A stretch of 64,000 nucleotides of DNA. Origin: Candidatus Bathyarchaeia archaeon (GTDB lineage: Archaea > Thermoproteota > Bathyarchaeia > Bathyarchaeales > Bathycorpusculaceae). Made by a program: the position numbers and the translations under genes. The stretch is from NCBI GenBank assembly GCA_049515895.1, contig JBEKTQ010000019.1, positions 32,429 through 96,428 of the forward strand, written 5' to 3'. The notes beneath the pieces are model-generated. The model had not been told where the DNA came from and did not search any database. It was given only the letters and a program-made list of their open reading frames with translations. This document shows, piece after piece, positions 39,011-50,100 of the stretch (positions within the stretch are counted from its first letter, which is position 1; the number at the start of each line of letters is the position of its first letter).

Positions 39011-39049
39011 AATGTTATATCTGAGTGCAACTCATACGAGTCCATATCC

Positions 39050-40327
39050 ATGCATGTCCTCGTAATAGCTCAATATTTCCCGCCCGATATGGGCGGCGGT
39101 GCCACAAGGGCTTACAACATGGCAAAGGGACTCTCCCTTGCAGGTTGTAATGTAACAATAGTTACTGCTTTTCCTCATTATCCTACTGGAAACATACCAG
39201 CCAAATATCGAAGAAAATTGTTAACGATCGAAAACGAAGGAAAGTTAAGAATAATACGGACGTTTGTTCCCCCGTTGGCGTCAGAAGGGTTTACCAAGAG
39301 ATTTTTGCTGTTTACATCTTTTGTGTTTTCTTCTATAGCCTCATTGCCTATAGTTCGTAAAGTTGATGTGGTATGGGCTTCAAATCCAAACATAATTGCA
39401 ATGATTCCAAGTTTAATGTATAAACTGCTTGACAACTGCCCTGTTGTTCAGAACGTAGATGATCTTTGGCCTGAAGCCCTTTACGATTTAGGCATGAACA
39501 GAAGGTCTCTATCGGCAAAATTGGGAGAATTCGTGGCTAAAGTGACATATAGATTTGCTACAGCTATCACGCCAATCAGTCCTGCATATGTCAAAGTATT
39601 AACGCAAAAATATAACGTGAACCCAAGCAAAGTTAGCGTAGTGCCAGCTGGCGTTGACTTGGCAATGTTCCCTTGTAAGAGCATAACTGGATCAAGAAAA
39701 GGCAAGTTCAGGGTTTTGTATATCGGCGCTTTCTCTCCAGCATACGATTTTGGCCAGGTATTCCAAGCTGCGAAATTGTTGGCTAATTCTGAAGAGATAG
39801 AGTTTGTTATCCAAGGCGGGGGCGAACTTGCTTCGGCTTTAAAATCCAAAATTGAAGAGGCAAAATCAAATAATGTTAAGGTTATTGAAAAAATTGTTAG
39901 TCGGCAAGAAGTCGTAAAAGAATTAGACGAAGCTGATGCCCTGCTTCTTCCTTTAAATGGTATTGGCTCTATAGAAATGGGCATATCTTCTAAGCTCTAT
40001 GAATATCAAGCTGCCGGGAAACCAATAATATGTTGCTCTAACGGTCAACCAGCCCGCTATATTTCAGAAACCAAATCTGGTATTATAGTTAAGCCTGGGG
40101 ATTATGAGGCCATTGTTAAAGCTGTGATTAACCTTATGGCAAACTATGAATTTGCGAGAAAACTGGGAGAAAACGGACATAATTATGTGGAAAGTGAAGC
40201 TTCTATTGAAACAGTTGGCTTAAAGATGAAACAGCTTCTTTCAAATATTGCTATTGGAGTGTCAGGCGAGCAAGATGTTACTGAGCATGAATTACATGAA
40301 TTTATCCATGAGCTAAATAGTGAATGA
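39050..40327 (+). CDS. GT4 glycosyltransferase (WbuB/WcaI-like)
   Basis: QYFPPD.GG, FPHYP, DLWPE, SKLYEY..AGKPII. Confidence 0.9.
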   Translation: MHVLVIAQYFPPDMGGGATRAYNMAKGLSLAGCNVTIVTAFPHYPTGNIPAKYRRKLLTIENEGKLRIIRTFVPPLASEGFTKRFLLFTSFVFSSIASLPIVRKVDVVWASNPNIIAMIPSLMYKLLDNCPVVQNVDDLWPEALYDLGMNRRSLSAKLGEFVAKVTYRFATAITPISPAYVKVLTQKYNVNPSKVSVVPAGVDLAMFPCKSITGSRKGKFRVLYIGAFSPAYDFGQVFQAAKLLANSEEIEFVIQGGGELASALKSKIEEAKSNNVKVIEKIVSRQEVVKELDEADALLLPLNGIGSIEMGISSKLYEYQAAGKPIICCSNGQPARYISETKSGIIVKPGDYEAIVKAVINLMANYEFARKLGENGHNYVESEASIETVGLKMKQLLSNIAIGVSGEQDVTEHELHEFIHELNSE

Positions 40328-41409
40328 ATAAACTTAAAGTAGCAATTGTTGGGTGCGGGTCTGTTGCTCAAAAACGCCATATCCCCGGTTTTCTTCGGCT
40401 AAAGAAAACCGTTGAATTAACTGCTTTATGCGATTTGAACCCGCGCCTTGTCGAAGCTGCATCAAAGAATGTTGGTATTCGGAATGCCTATTCCAATCTG
40501 TCCGAAATGTTGCTAAAAGAAGAATTAGACATTGTTGACATATGCACTCCGCCAAGTGCGCACTTGTCAATTGCCTTGAAGGCAATTGAACATGGCTGCA
40601 ATGTCTTGTTGGAGAAGCCGATGGCACTTAATGTTTCTGATTGCGATAAAATGATTGATTCCTCCGAGAAATACGGTGTGAAACTCAGCGTTGTTCATAA
40701 TCAAAGGTTTTATCAGCCTTTCATGAAGGCTCAAGAACTTGTTAGTTCGGGCGCCGTCGGGAAAATAACGGGTATGCGCATTTTATCTCTTACGAATAAG
40801 AACGAATATATGGTTCATGAAAATCATTGGGTTCACAATCTTCCTGGTGGGGTTATAAGTGAAACAGGACCGCATATTGTTTACATGTCTTTAGCTTTTA
40901 TGAATGCCGTCAAGGCTGTTGAAGTTTCTGCAAGAAAAACTCTCAAATATCCTTGGGTATTGTATGATGATTACAGAATCGAGTTGGAAGGAGATAGTCT
41001 AAACACTTCAATTTATGTTTCTCATGCAGGAGATTACACATCTTGCTTGATTGACCTATTTGGCGAAGAAGGCGCAATAACCATAAATCTTGAAAGCATG
41101 TTACTTACACGATCAAAACTCAATGAACTTAACCCAACATCAGTAGCATTGTCCTCTTTGAGTACCGCGGGGCAAATAGTCAAAGGTGTGGCATCGAACT
41201 TTTCTAGAGTGGCGTTTCACAAACCAATGCTTGGTCACGACATAATGATAGAAAGATTTGTTAATAGCATAATAAACGATCAGCCTGTTCCAGTTACACC
41301 AGAGGAAGGCCGAGAAACAGCCAGGATAATGGGCATGATAGTTGCGAACTCGTCTGAAACAGGTTATCCATTCTGTCCTGAGAAATATGTTTCTTCAACT
41401 AAGGATTAG
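40324..41409 (+). CDS. Gfo/Idh/MocA family oxidoreductase
   Basis: VAIVGCG, ICTP, LLEKPMA. Confidence 0.92.
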   Translation: MNKLKVAIVGCGSVAQKRHIPGFLRLKKTVELTALCDLNPRLVEAASKNVGIRNAYSNLSEMLLKEELDIVDICTPPSAHLSIALKAIEHGCNVLLEKPMALNVSDCDKMIDSSEKYGVKLSVVHNQRFYQPFMKAQELVSSGAVGKITGMRILSLTNKNEYMVHENHWVHNLPGGVISETGPHIVYMSLAFMNAVKAVEVSARKTLKYPWVLYDDYRIELEGDSLNTSIYVSHAGDYTSCLIDLFGEEGAITINLESMLLTRSKLNELNPTSVALSSLSTAGQIVKGVASNFSRVAFHKPMLGHDIMIERFVNSIINDQPVPVTPEEGRETARIMGMIVANSSETGYPFCPEKYVSSTKD

Positions 41410-41412
41410 TCT

Positions 41413-42165
41413 ATGAATATCAAAGATGAAATGCAGATTTATGATGGCACTGAAGTTTCTAGTTTGACCGGCGAGACTGGAAGCTATGATAATGCGTTCT
41501 TTCCCAATGTTATACGCAGGAGAGAGCTTGAGCTCATTGAATATGTACTTCGGGCTGAAAAGCCCAAGTTCATACTGGATTACGGCTGTGGCGGTGGATG
41601 GTTATCCGTACTGCTGCAAAAGTGGGGGTTAAGGTCCGTCGGGATAGATATCAGCCGACGCATGGTTAGAAACGCCAAAATCGTATGCCCCAGCGCTGAC
41701 TTCATCGTTTGCGATGCGATGAGACTCCCGTTCAAGGATGATATCTTCGACTTTGTTATAGGAATATCTATACTCCATCACTTGAATATGAAGCAAGCTA
41801 CCGATGAACTAAAGCGGATTTCTCTTGCTCAATCGGCTTTCTTGTTTATGGAGCCAAGTGCGATCAATCCTCTTTCAGCATTTGGCCGAAAAGTCTTCCC
41901 CATGCAAGTCCATACCAAAGGAGAAAAGCCATACATGCCTCAATACCTTAACTCCGCTCTAAGCGCGGCGGGTTTTACTATTGAAAGGTTTTTTTCCATG
42001 TTCTTTCTCGCTTATCCTGCCGCACGTTTTTCAAGAATAGCTCGGTTGAATCCCCCTCCTTTACTTGTCAAAATGATCTATTTCTTCGAGGGTATAATGG
42101 AGGAAATGCCGGGGATCAAAAACTTGAACTCGAATATAGTTGCAATTGCAAAAACGAAAAGGTAA
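41413..42165 (+). CDS. Class I SAM-dependent methyltransferase
   Basis: ILDYGCGGG, GIDIS, DA..LPF.D..FD, LHH. Confidence 0.9.
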   Translation: MNIKDEMQIYDGTEVSSLTGETGSYDNAFFPNVIRRRELELIEYVLRAEKPKFILDYGCGGGWLSVLLQKWGLRSVGIDISRRMVRNAKIVCPSADFIVCDAMRLPFKDDIFDFVIGISILHHLNMKQATDELKRISLAQSAFLFMEPSAINPLSAFGRKVFPMQVHTKGEKPYMPQYLNSALSAAGFTIERFFSMFFLAYPAARFSRIARLNPPPLLVKMIYFFEGIMEEMPGIKNLNSNIVAIAKTKR

Positions 42166-42169
42166 ATCG

Positions 42170-43396
42170 TTGTTGAGAATACTTCATGTTCCCTATGTGT
42201 GTCCTCCAACACCTAATGTAGCTGATGGTATTACTAACGTTGTACGCAATGTTACGCAAGAATTAGCCAAAAGAGGCCATGAAGTCGAAGTTTATACATC
42301 GGATATGTTGGACCAGCGCGGCAATGGCTCACTTAAAACCAAAAAGCAAGTGATCAACGGTGTTACCGTCTATTACTTGCGGTCTCTATGGCGACATAAA
42401 ACTTTCATAGTGACGCCATCGATTATTCCTCTACTCTCAAAGAGACTAGGCAACTTCGACATAATTCATATACACGATTGCAGGTCTTTTCAAGGAATTT
42501 TTGCATACTTGTTCGCAAGGGCGAAGAATATTCCTTACGTTTTTCAGCCTCACGGTTCCTATTCATTCTCATTATCCGATTCGACATCTAAAACGGTGGC
42601 TAAAATCACCTTGGACAAATTAGTCAGTGGCAAAATAATACAAAATGCTTCTAAAATCATTGCGCTTAGTCAAGTTGAAGCTGAGGAGTACAAATGTGCG
42701 GGTGTGCCTGCAGACAAAATTGCTATAGTGCCTAATGGAATAGACTTACTGGAATATTCTGATTTGCCATCTAAAGGTGCTTTCAAGAAAAAGTTTGGCT
42801 TAGATAAGAACGATAAAATAGTGCTATACTTAGGCAGGATACACAAGACTAAGGGAATAGACCTTCTCGTCAAGGCTTACGCCTATCTGACAAAGAAAAT
42901 GGACTGTAAAGATGCGGTTTTAGTTATGGCTGGACCAGACGACGGATACCTAGATGAGCTGAGGTCTTTAGTTTGTTCTCTAGGGTTAAATAGGAAAGTG
43001 TTATTTACGGGTATGCTCAGTGAGGAAGACAAAATCGGTGCTTATGTCGACTGTGCAATTTGTGCATATCTGAATCCTCATGAGCCATTTGGGCTTGTTC
43101 CTTTGGAAGCGGCTGCCTCCGGTAGGCCTGTTGTTGTCGTCCGTGGTACACCCATGTCGGAAATAGTTAATCAGGGCAATTTTGGCTTCTCCACAGGGCA
43201 TTTGGATGTTGCTGCATTGGCTAAGATCTTTGAAAAAATTCTTCAAGATGAGGCATTGGCTACTGAAATGGGTAAACGTGGTCGTGACTACGTATTTGCA
43301 GAATTCGATTGGTCTAAAATCATAGTTGAGTTAGTGAAGTTGTACAAAGAGGTTGCCAAAGGAAACCAGAAGTGTTCTAGAAAATTGGACACATAA
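42170..43396 (+). CDS. GT4 glycosyltransferase
   Basis: YLGRI...KG.D, EPFGLVPLEAAASG. Confidence 0.9.
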   Translation: MLRILHVPYVCPPTPNVADGITNVVRNVTQELAKRGHEVEVYTSDMLDQRGNGSLKTKKQVINGVTVYYLRSLWRHKTFIVTPSIIPLLSKRLGNFDIIHIHDCRSFQGIFAYLFARAKNIPYVFQPHGSYSFSLSDSTSKTVAKITLDKLVSGKIIQNASKIIALSQVEAEEYKCAGVPADKIAIVPNGIDLLEYSDLPSKGAFKKKFGLDKNDKIVLYLGRIHKTKGIDLLVKAYAYLTKKMDCKDAVLVMAGPDDGYLDELRSLVCSLGLNRKVLFTGMLSEEDKIGAYVDCAICAYLNPHEPFGLVPLEAAASGRPVVVVRGTPMSEIVNQGNFGFSTGHLDVAALAKIFEKILQDEALATEMGKRGRDYVFAEFDWSKIIVELVKLYKEVAKGNQKCSRKLDT

Positions 43397-43555
43397 TGAA
43401 TACGCTGAGAAGCTTAGCGCGCGCGAAAGGATTTAATTCTAAGCAAATGGAGTGTACTTGAAGATGCTCTTCCAACCCTTGAATATCAACAGGTCGAAAC
43501 ACATATAGTAAGACAAACTCGGAATTCAAAGAAAGCTTACGTATTAACCAAGTAC

Positions 43556-44623
43556 TTGCCTAGTTTAGCAAAGTTTGAAATGGCTAGACATAAGCCGGTT
43601 TTTGCTCGCTATCTACAGCCTCATCCATACACTGCCAATTTCAATTTGACCGACAACTGCAACTCCAAATGCATTACCTGTCGCGAGTGGCAAAAGAAAT
43701 CGAGTAACGAATTGAGAACGGAAGAATTGAAGGACATTTTTGAGCAACTATCGAACACAACAATAAGAAATGTTAATTTTGGAGGCGGCGAGCTCATGCT
43801 TCGGCAAGATATATCTGAATTGGTCGAATACGCCTCTAAACTTGGCTTCAACGTTACCATAGTCACAAACGGATTATTAATAAATCAAGAAAATGCTAGG
43901 GACCTCGTTTGCAAAGGCGTAAGAGGAGTATACGTTTCCTTGGATGGTCCTGAACCAGTTCATGATAAAGTCAGAGGGGTTAAAGGCGCCTATCAGAGAA
44001 CACTCATCGGGCTCACGGCGTTCGCAGACCTGAAACAGAAAACTGGAAACTTGAAGGTTAACATCGCAGCTACAATAATGAAACCAACATTACCTACCCT
44101 TCTTCATGTGGTCAAACTGGCTGAGAAACTCGATATTAGTGTATCATTCAATCTGGTCGATTCTAAACCGTACTTTTTCAATGGAATTGAACTCAAGAAT
44201 CTCTGGATTGAGGAAACACAAAAACTGGATGATACGGTGAACACGTTGATAGCAATAAAAAGACAACAGCCTTCACTCATATCAAACAGCATACAATCCT
44301 TAGAATACGCAAAACAATACTTCAGAGACCCCCTAAGAAAGGATGTTCCCTGCCTCCTGGGCTTTATCGAACTTTTCTTCGGTTCTCGGGGGGATGTATA
44401 TCCTTGCTGGGCAACAAAAGCTGTTGGCTCAACTCGGGAAAGAAAATTGAAAAATATCCTTAGTTCAGACTTGTACCGAAGCAACCTGAATGATATGTGG
44501 GCTAAGAAATGTCCCGGTTGTTCTTGCGGTTACATCCCTAACTTAGATTTTCAAATTCCAACTTTTTTTAAAGAACTTTTAATGCTTCCAAAGTTTACTT
44601 TAGAACGGATATTATCCCTCTAA
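43556..44623 (+). CDS. Radical SAM protein with SPASM/twitch domain
   Basis: CNSKCITC, GGGE, SLDG; C-terminal PC...GDVYPC...CPGC. Confidence 0.92.
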   Translation: MPSLAKFEMARHKPVFARYLQPHPYTANFNLTDNCNSKCITCREWQKKSSNELRTEELKDIFEQLSNTTIRNVNFGGGELMLRQDISELVEYASKLGFNVTIVTNGLLINQENARDLVCKGVRGVYVSLDGPEPVHDKVRGVKGAYQRTLIGLTAFADLKQKTGNLKVNIAATIMKPTLPTLLHVVKLAEKLDISVSFNLVDSKPYFFNGIELKNLWIEETQKLDDTVNTLIAIKRQQPSLISNSIQSLEYAKQYFRDPLRKDVPCLLGFIELFFGSRGDVYPCWATKAVGSTRERKLKNILSSDLYRSNLNDMWAKKCPGCSCGYIPNLDFQIPTFFKELLMLPKFTLERILSL

Positions 44624-44645
44624 TTTTGGTCTAAAGTGAAAAGTA

Positions 44646-45791
44646 TTGAAAATCTGCTTAATCGGGCATGAGTATCCCCCACCAATTGAGGGGGGTCAAG
44701 GGAGGCATATGTATGAATTAAGCAAAAAATTATTGGAGAAAGGGCATGAAGTTGAAATATGCGCATTTGGTAACGCAACCTTAGCATATAAAAAGGGCAA
44801 TGTTAGAATCAATCGTTTCTCCACGGTAGATGTACCTTTGATAAGAGTTTTGGATCTTAGTAGAAAGATTTCTAGATATTTAGAAAACGGGGACTTCGAT
44901 ATATATCACGTTCACACTGCTCCTCTCGCTTTCTTCCTTGATAAAAAACCATTGGTGGTAACTGCTCATACGACTATTTTCGGAGAAGGGAAAAGTATTG
45001 AGGTGTCGTCAGGAGGAAGTTTGTTTGATGTCGTCAGTTCATTTTACTATAAAGAAATGCGTTTCCTGGACAAGAGAGCGTACCAAAAAGCTAAAGTTGT
45101 TATCGCAGTGAACGATAATATAAAGGATGAATTAGAAAGAGTTTACAACACAAGTAAGAAAAAGATTGCTACGATATATAACGGGGTAAACACCAAGATT
45201 TTTTATGCCGTGAAGAATAAGGGCAGAACAAAAGAAGAAATAGGACTGGATCCACAAGATTTTGTTGTTCTTTATGTTGGAAGACTAGAAGCAAGAAAAA
45301 ACGTCGGTCTTTTGATAGACGCCATGCGACTACTAAGGAAGGAGAGCATGGTCACTCTAATTGTTGGCAAAGGATCAAAGGAAGATTCCTTGAAAAGAAT
45401 GAGTAATCATTTGGGCTTGGGCACTTCCTTGAAATTTGTGAGGTACGTTAAGGACAGTGATTTACTTAAAATATATAACGCTGCAGATATCTTTGTTCTA
45501 CCCTCCGTATACGAAGGAATGCCTCTGTCCATGCTGGAGGCTATGGCATGTGGTGTTCCAACAATTGCCACAAACTTTCCAGGCGTAGAGAATATTATAC
45601 GAAATGGTGAGAACGGAATTATTCTCGAAAAAACCTCCGCTGAATGTTTGGCTGAGAAAATAGGGTATTTATATAGAGAATCAAAAGTCCGCGGTAACAT
45701 GAGCATGAAAGCTATCCAGCTTATTAATGAAAAGTTTTCTTTGGAAGTAGCTGTCAAAAAAACTATCGATGTATATGATCAGATAAAATAA
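44646..45791 (+). CDS. GT4 glycosyltransferase
   Basis: EYPP..GG, YVGRL..RK, EGMPLSMLEAMACG. Confidence 0.92.
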   Translation: MKICLIGHEYPPPIEGGQGRHMYELSKKLLEKGHEVEICAFGNATLAYKKGNVRINRFSTVDVPLIRVLDLSRKISRYLENGDFDIYHVHTAPLAFFLDKKPLVVTAHTTIFGEGKSIEVSSGGSLFDVVSSFYYKEMRFLDKRAYQKAKVVIAVNDNIKDELERVYNTSKKKIATIYNGVNTKIFYAVKNKGRTKEEIGLDPQDFVVLYVGRLEARKNVGLLIDAMRLLRKESMVTLIVGKGSKEDSLKRMSNHLGLGTSLKFVRYVKDSDLLKIYNAADIFVLPSVYEGMPLSMLEAMACGVPTIATNFPGVENIIRNGENGIILEKTSAECLAEKIGYLYRESKVRGNMSMKAIQLINEKFSLEVAVKKTIDVYDQIK

Positions 45792-47119
45792 TGGAACCTA
45801 CATTTTCTCCAACTGAACGTGATAAACTGAATATCCTTCAAATTACCAGTCATTTTCCTCCTCATTTTATTGGCGGGGATGCTCTATATTGCTATCAAAT
45901 TTCAAAAAGTCTCGCCATAATGGGTCATAAAGTCTCCGTCATTTATGACAAGACAAGTTACGATATATGCTCTCGCAAAAAGAAAAGCAATCTTGAACAA
46001 ATAGAAAACATACCAAATCTTGCTGTATTACCTGTACAGCCAAGGCATCTAGGGGAACTTTTTTCTCTCTCTGGTGCATGTTTCTTTTTTAATCCGAATT
46101 TTTTCTCAAATCTGAAACGATTAGCTGGAAGCAAAGGTAAATTTGACCTTCTTCATTTGCATAATATTTCGTGGATTGGCTTTACCTCATTTCTTGTGCC
46201 AGAATTAGCAGAGATGCCAACTGTATATACCGCACATGACTATTGGTTGATGTGTCCAAAATCGGATTTGACAAACAAAAAAGGTGTATTCTGTCAAGGG
46301 AATGATAATTGTGTGCTTTGCGTGCCTCCAAGTCTTTCGTTTAGAGCAACGGTGCAGCAAAGGTCAAGAATATATCATAGGCTGCTCAAGAAAATAAATC
46401 GAGTCATTTGTGTTAGTGAATTTCAAGAATCAATTTTTTCAAAGCACTTTCCAAATGTAAAATTTGAAGTTTTGCATAACTTCGTGGATACTAAAAAAAT
46501 CAAAGCGCTAAATGAAATTAGCTATGAGGCAGTCGTCTATTTTGAGAAAGCATACCGTATTTCTAACAAGGATAAAGTTGTGCTTTTTGTAGGAAAAACT
46601 GTCGCTTCAAAGGGTTTTTTTGTTCTTCTTAGGAGTTTTGCTGAAATTTCCAAGTCGGTTCCAAACTGCGTTCTTTGCGCGGTAGGACAGTGTGAAAATT
46701 TTGCGGAAATTGCTATCGCAGCAAAAAATTTAGGTATTGATAAACAGCTAAGGCTTTTAGGCAAGGTCAATGAAGATACTCTTTTGGTAGCGTACAAACG
46801 TGCAGATTTGCTCGTTTTGCCGTCTATATGGCCTGAACCGTGTCCATTAGTACTTTTAGAAGGAATGGCGGCAAAGAAGCCTATTGTTTCTTCAAGGATT
46901 GGTGGCATACCTGAGATTGTTAGAAATGGGGAGAATGGTTTTTTGGTGACGCCTAATGATGTTAATAACCTTGCAGATTCAATTTTCGAGTTATTGTCTA
47001 GCCCTGATAAATCTTTGGCTATGGGAGCAAAAGGTTGTGAAATGCTTCATAATAAATTTAGCGTTGAAGCTCACATTCAGAAACTGCTGGAAATATACAA
47101 TAAATCGATTGATGGTTGA
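45791..47119 (+). CDS. GT4 glycosyltransferase with Cys-rich insert
   Basis: HDYWLMCP...C...C..C, WPEPCPLVLLEGMA. Confidence 0.9.
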   Translation: MEPTFSPTERDKLNILQITSHFPPHFIGGDALYCYQISKSLAIMGHKVSVIYDKTSYDICSRKKKSNLEQIENIPNLAVLPVQPRHLGELFSLSGACFFFNPNFFSNLKRLAGSKGKFDLLHLHNISWIGFTSFLVPELAEMPTVYTAHDYWLMCPKSDLTNKKGVFCQGNDNCVLCVPPSLSFRATVQQRSRIYHRLLKKINRVICVSEFQESIFSKHFPNVKFEVLHNFVDTKKIKALNEISYEAVVYFEKAYRISNKDKVVLFVGKTVASKGFFVLLRSFAEISKSVPNCVLCAVGQCENFAEIAIAAKNLGIDKQLRLLGKVNEDTLLVAYKRADLLVLPSIWPEPCPLVLLEGMAAKKPIVSSRIGGIPEIVRNGENGFLVTPNDVNNLADSIFELLSSPDKSLAMGAKGCEMLHNKFSVEAHIQKLLEIYNKSIDG

Positions 47120-47192
47120 AGGTAACAACGCTTCTTAATTTGATGTTTTTCTTGCGTTTATTGGCTTGCTTAAATTAGTATAAGGTATAACC

Positions 47193-50100
47193 ATGAATCA
47201 AAATATCGTTAATGTCCTTTTATCATTGCTCATAGGCATTTACGTTATTTGGCTAACAACTTCAATCGCTAAGTACGTTTTAGCTCCATTAGTTTCCATT
47301 TTAGTATTCACTTTATTAAATTACCTCACTAAGAAGCAGGCCCTTTACGTAAGCTCAAACCATTTAGATCGATTCATAAACTCAAACAAATCGAGTTTAC
47401 TCTTCATCTTATGCTCAATAATATCCCTTAGTTTATTTGTTCTTGTTCCCGCTAACAACTCATCCATTTTCAGTGATTGGCTTTCCATTACATCGTTTTC
47501 ATGGATGCGACTTATAGCAGCAATCTTTCTAACCTGTTTCTTCCCTGGTTATATTATTTTGTCCATAGTGGACAGGCATCAATCACTTACCAAAATCGAA
47601 AGGTTTGCTTTTTCGTATTTTCTTAGCGTTTTCTTGATTTCATTATTGAACTATGGAATACTCCTTTTAGGGTATTCAGGAAGCAACACAGAATTAGTCA
47701 TTTATTTTCTATTTTTTGTCGTTTTTCTCATAACTTATTTGCCTTACTCTCGATTAATGTCTAGAACAAAACTTAATATTGATAGTTTTACAAGGCACAC
47801 AATCTACCCCTATTTAATATTGATTTGTGTCTCCTTAATCTTCGTAGTTTTAGCCTATTCAATATCAATTCCTTCCACTTCTACTACTTATCCGATGTTA
47901 AAAGGAGACCCTTGGCGACTTAATGGTCTATCAGATATGTTGAATAATGGCCAATTTCCTGGATTAGTGCAAGGGCACGTTGATCCATACTATGCGTGGT
48001 GGTATCCTCTTTATTTAGCTGCGTTCTATTTCGTTTCAGGAGTTCCTTCAGTCAACGCCTATGTTTCATTGTCCTTCTTGGTTTCGATATCTGTTCTTAT
48101 GTTGTATTCGATGTTCTCATATTTTCTTAAAAACATCGAACCCAAAGCTCCGGCAGTTATAACAGTTCTCAGCCTCTTTGGTGGGTTCGGTTGGATTTAT
48201 GCTGTTTATCTAAGGTCAACCTCAGGTTCTGGTGGTTCCAATATTTTCAATATACTTTATTCTGCATCGTACAAGACTTATGACATTATAAGGCCGATAA
48301 ATTTTGTTCCAAACTCTTTGGTACCTCTTTATGTCATAGGTATTCCCATTTTCTTAGCTTTACTTTATTTGCCTTGGAATTCAAGATTGTCAAACAGAAC
48401 CCGTTGCTTACTAATTTTCGTTCTCGTCAGCTTAGGATATCTTACGCATGTCGTAGAAATAGGTTTGTTCGCAATTATTCTGTTTGCACAAACACTCTTC
48501 ATTAATCGTTCAAAGTTTTCCCAATTTAGAATAACTACATTATCTTCAATACTTGGTCTCCTGCTAGTTGCTGCAATTGATTTTACTGCACCAGCAAAAT
48601 ATTACACTATCGAAATTAATTCAAATCCTATGGGTAATTTACTGGTTCCTTCAACAACATTTTTCTTAAGTGTGCTATTGTTCGTGCTTAGCTATTTTAT
48701 ATTATTGATCAGGGGAAGATCCTCTTTGTTTTCCTCCTTGGGAAAGAAAATACAATCAAATTTAGCCAGACCTAAGGTGTTGATGGTTTTAATATTAACG
48801 CTTGTGGTCATATTCGTCTATCTTTTCTTCCTCTCGTTTATTGTCTGGGGCATTACAGTGAATCAAAATTCTCTATCACTCTCGCAAGTTTGGGATACAG
48901 GAGCTGTTCCTTGGTTCTTCTATCCTATGAAGCTCGGTGTTATAGGCATTTTGGCTGTGGTGGGCGGCGTAATTCTTGTTTCTAAAAAAGAAGCCCCCCG
49001 ACTCAAAGTTTTTTCATTATTTATTCTACAGGCTAGTGTCATGTTATGTATAATTTTAATCGACAGATTCATATCCTTCTACTATGAAGACCTTCTTCTT
49101 GTTTACTTCTTTATTACTCTATTACCTATTGCGGCTCTTTCAATTATTACCTTATTTACTAAGACGGAAAAATATCAAAACGAACTTAATCGTAGGTTAC
49201 GACCTCGTTTGAAGGCTATTGCTGGCATAGGACTCATCCTGTTAATTTTGGTATCGGGACTTTCATCGACACTTCTATTTTCAGACATTTATAGCTTATC
49301 TGGAGATGGGTGGTGGCAAGGCAATGTAGTGCCTGAAGAAATGGCTGCCCTAAATTATTTGAGGGCAAATACTTCGTCTTCAGTAGTTGCAACTGTTACA
49401 TCTGAATCCCAAGAAAGGCTTTTTGATTTTGCCAACAAGTGGGAGGCTATGCAAACTTTAGGTCCATATCAAGACGCCGCCGATGTATTGTTTGGTACAG
49501 CCTCTCCTGAAGTTGTATACAATACACTGGCCAGCTTTAACGTGAGCTACATTTTTATTGCAACTAGAGATGCCCAAGCTATAAGTTCAACACCGGAATA
49601 CAGTGATGGCTTCTTTGCTTCCCATTTATTAGAACATTTGCCCATTGTGTTCAATAATTCGGCGGTTACAATTTATCGGGTTCCGAAGTTTTCTCCGCCT
49701 TCTGATAATTCTGATTGTGCGGTTGTTGTGCCAGCATCAGCTGAAGCAGCTAACACAGAGTTAACCTATTATTATCCCGTTGATATGTTCGCTACTGCGA
49801 ATAGAAACTATACGGTTTTGGTAGATAACGATCCCAGTCGGTTTAGTTTCTCGACACTTCTCTTAACATATGACTCTGTAAATGTTTCCGAATATGTGAG
49901 CTGGGTCGAAGGCGGTAGGAATCTAATAGTGATGAATTCTCCCATGGCTTCCGGCTTCAAGAACTTTCTTGGTATCACTGATGGTTCATCTACGTTTGCT
50001 AATGGCGTTGACGGTGCAGAAATCCCAACGGGGTACTTCCCCGTAAACATTACTTATGCTGAAAATGCGAAGAATGCGTCGATTTCATATTACACTTTTT

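Noticed and set aside
43396-43556. (GC)n slippage fusing an upstream ATG to the radical SAM frame (phase variation)
   Set aside because: The tract has only ~4 units, and the existing start already gives a normal-length N-terminus
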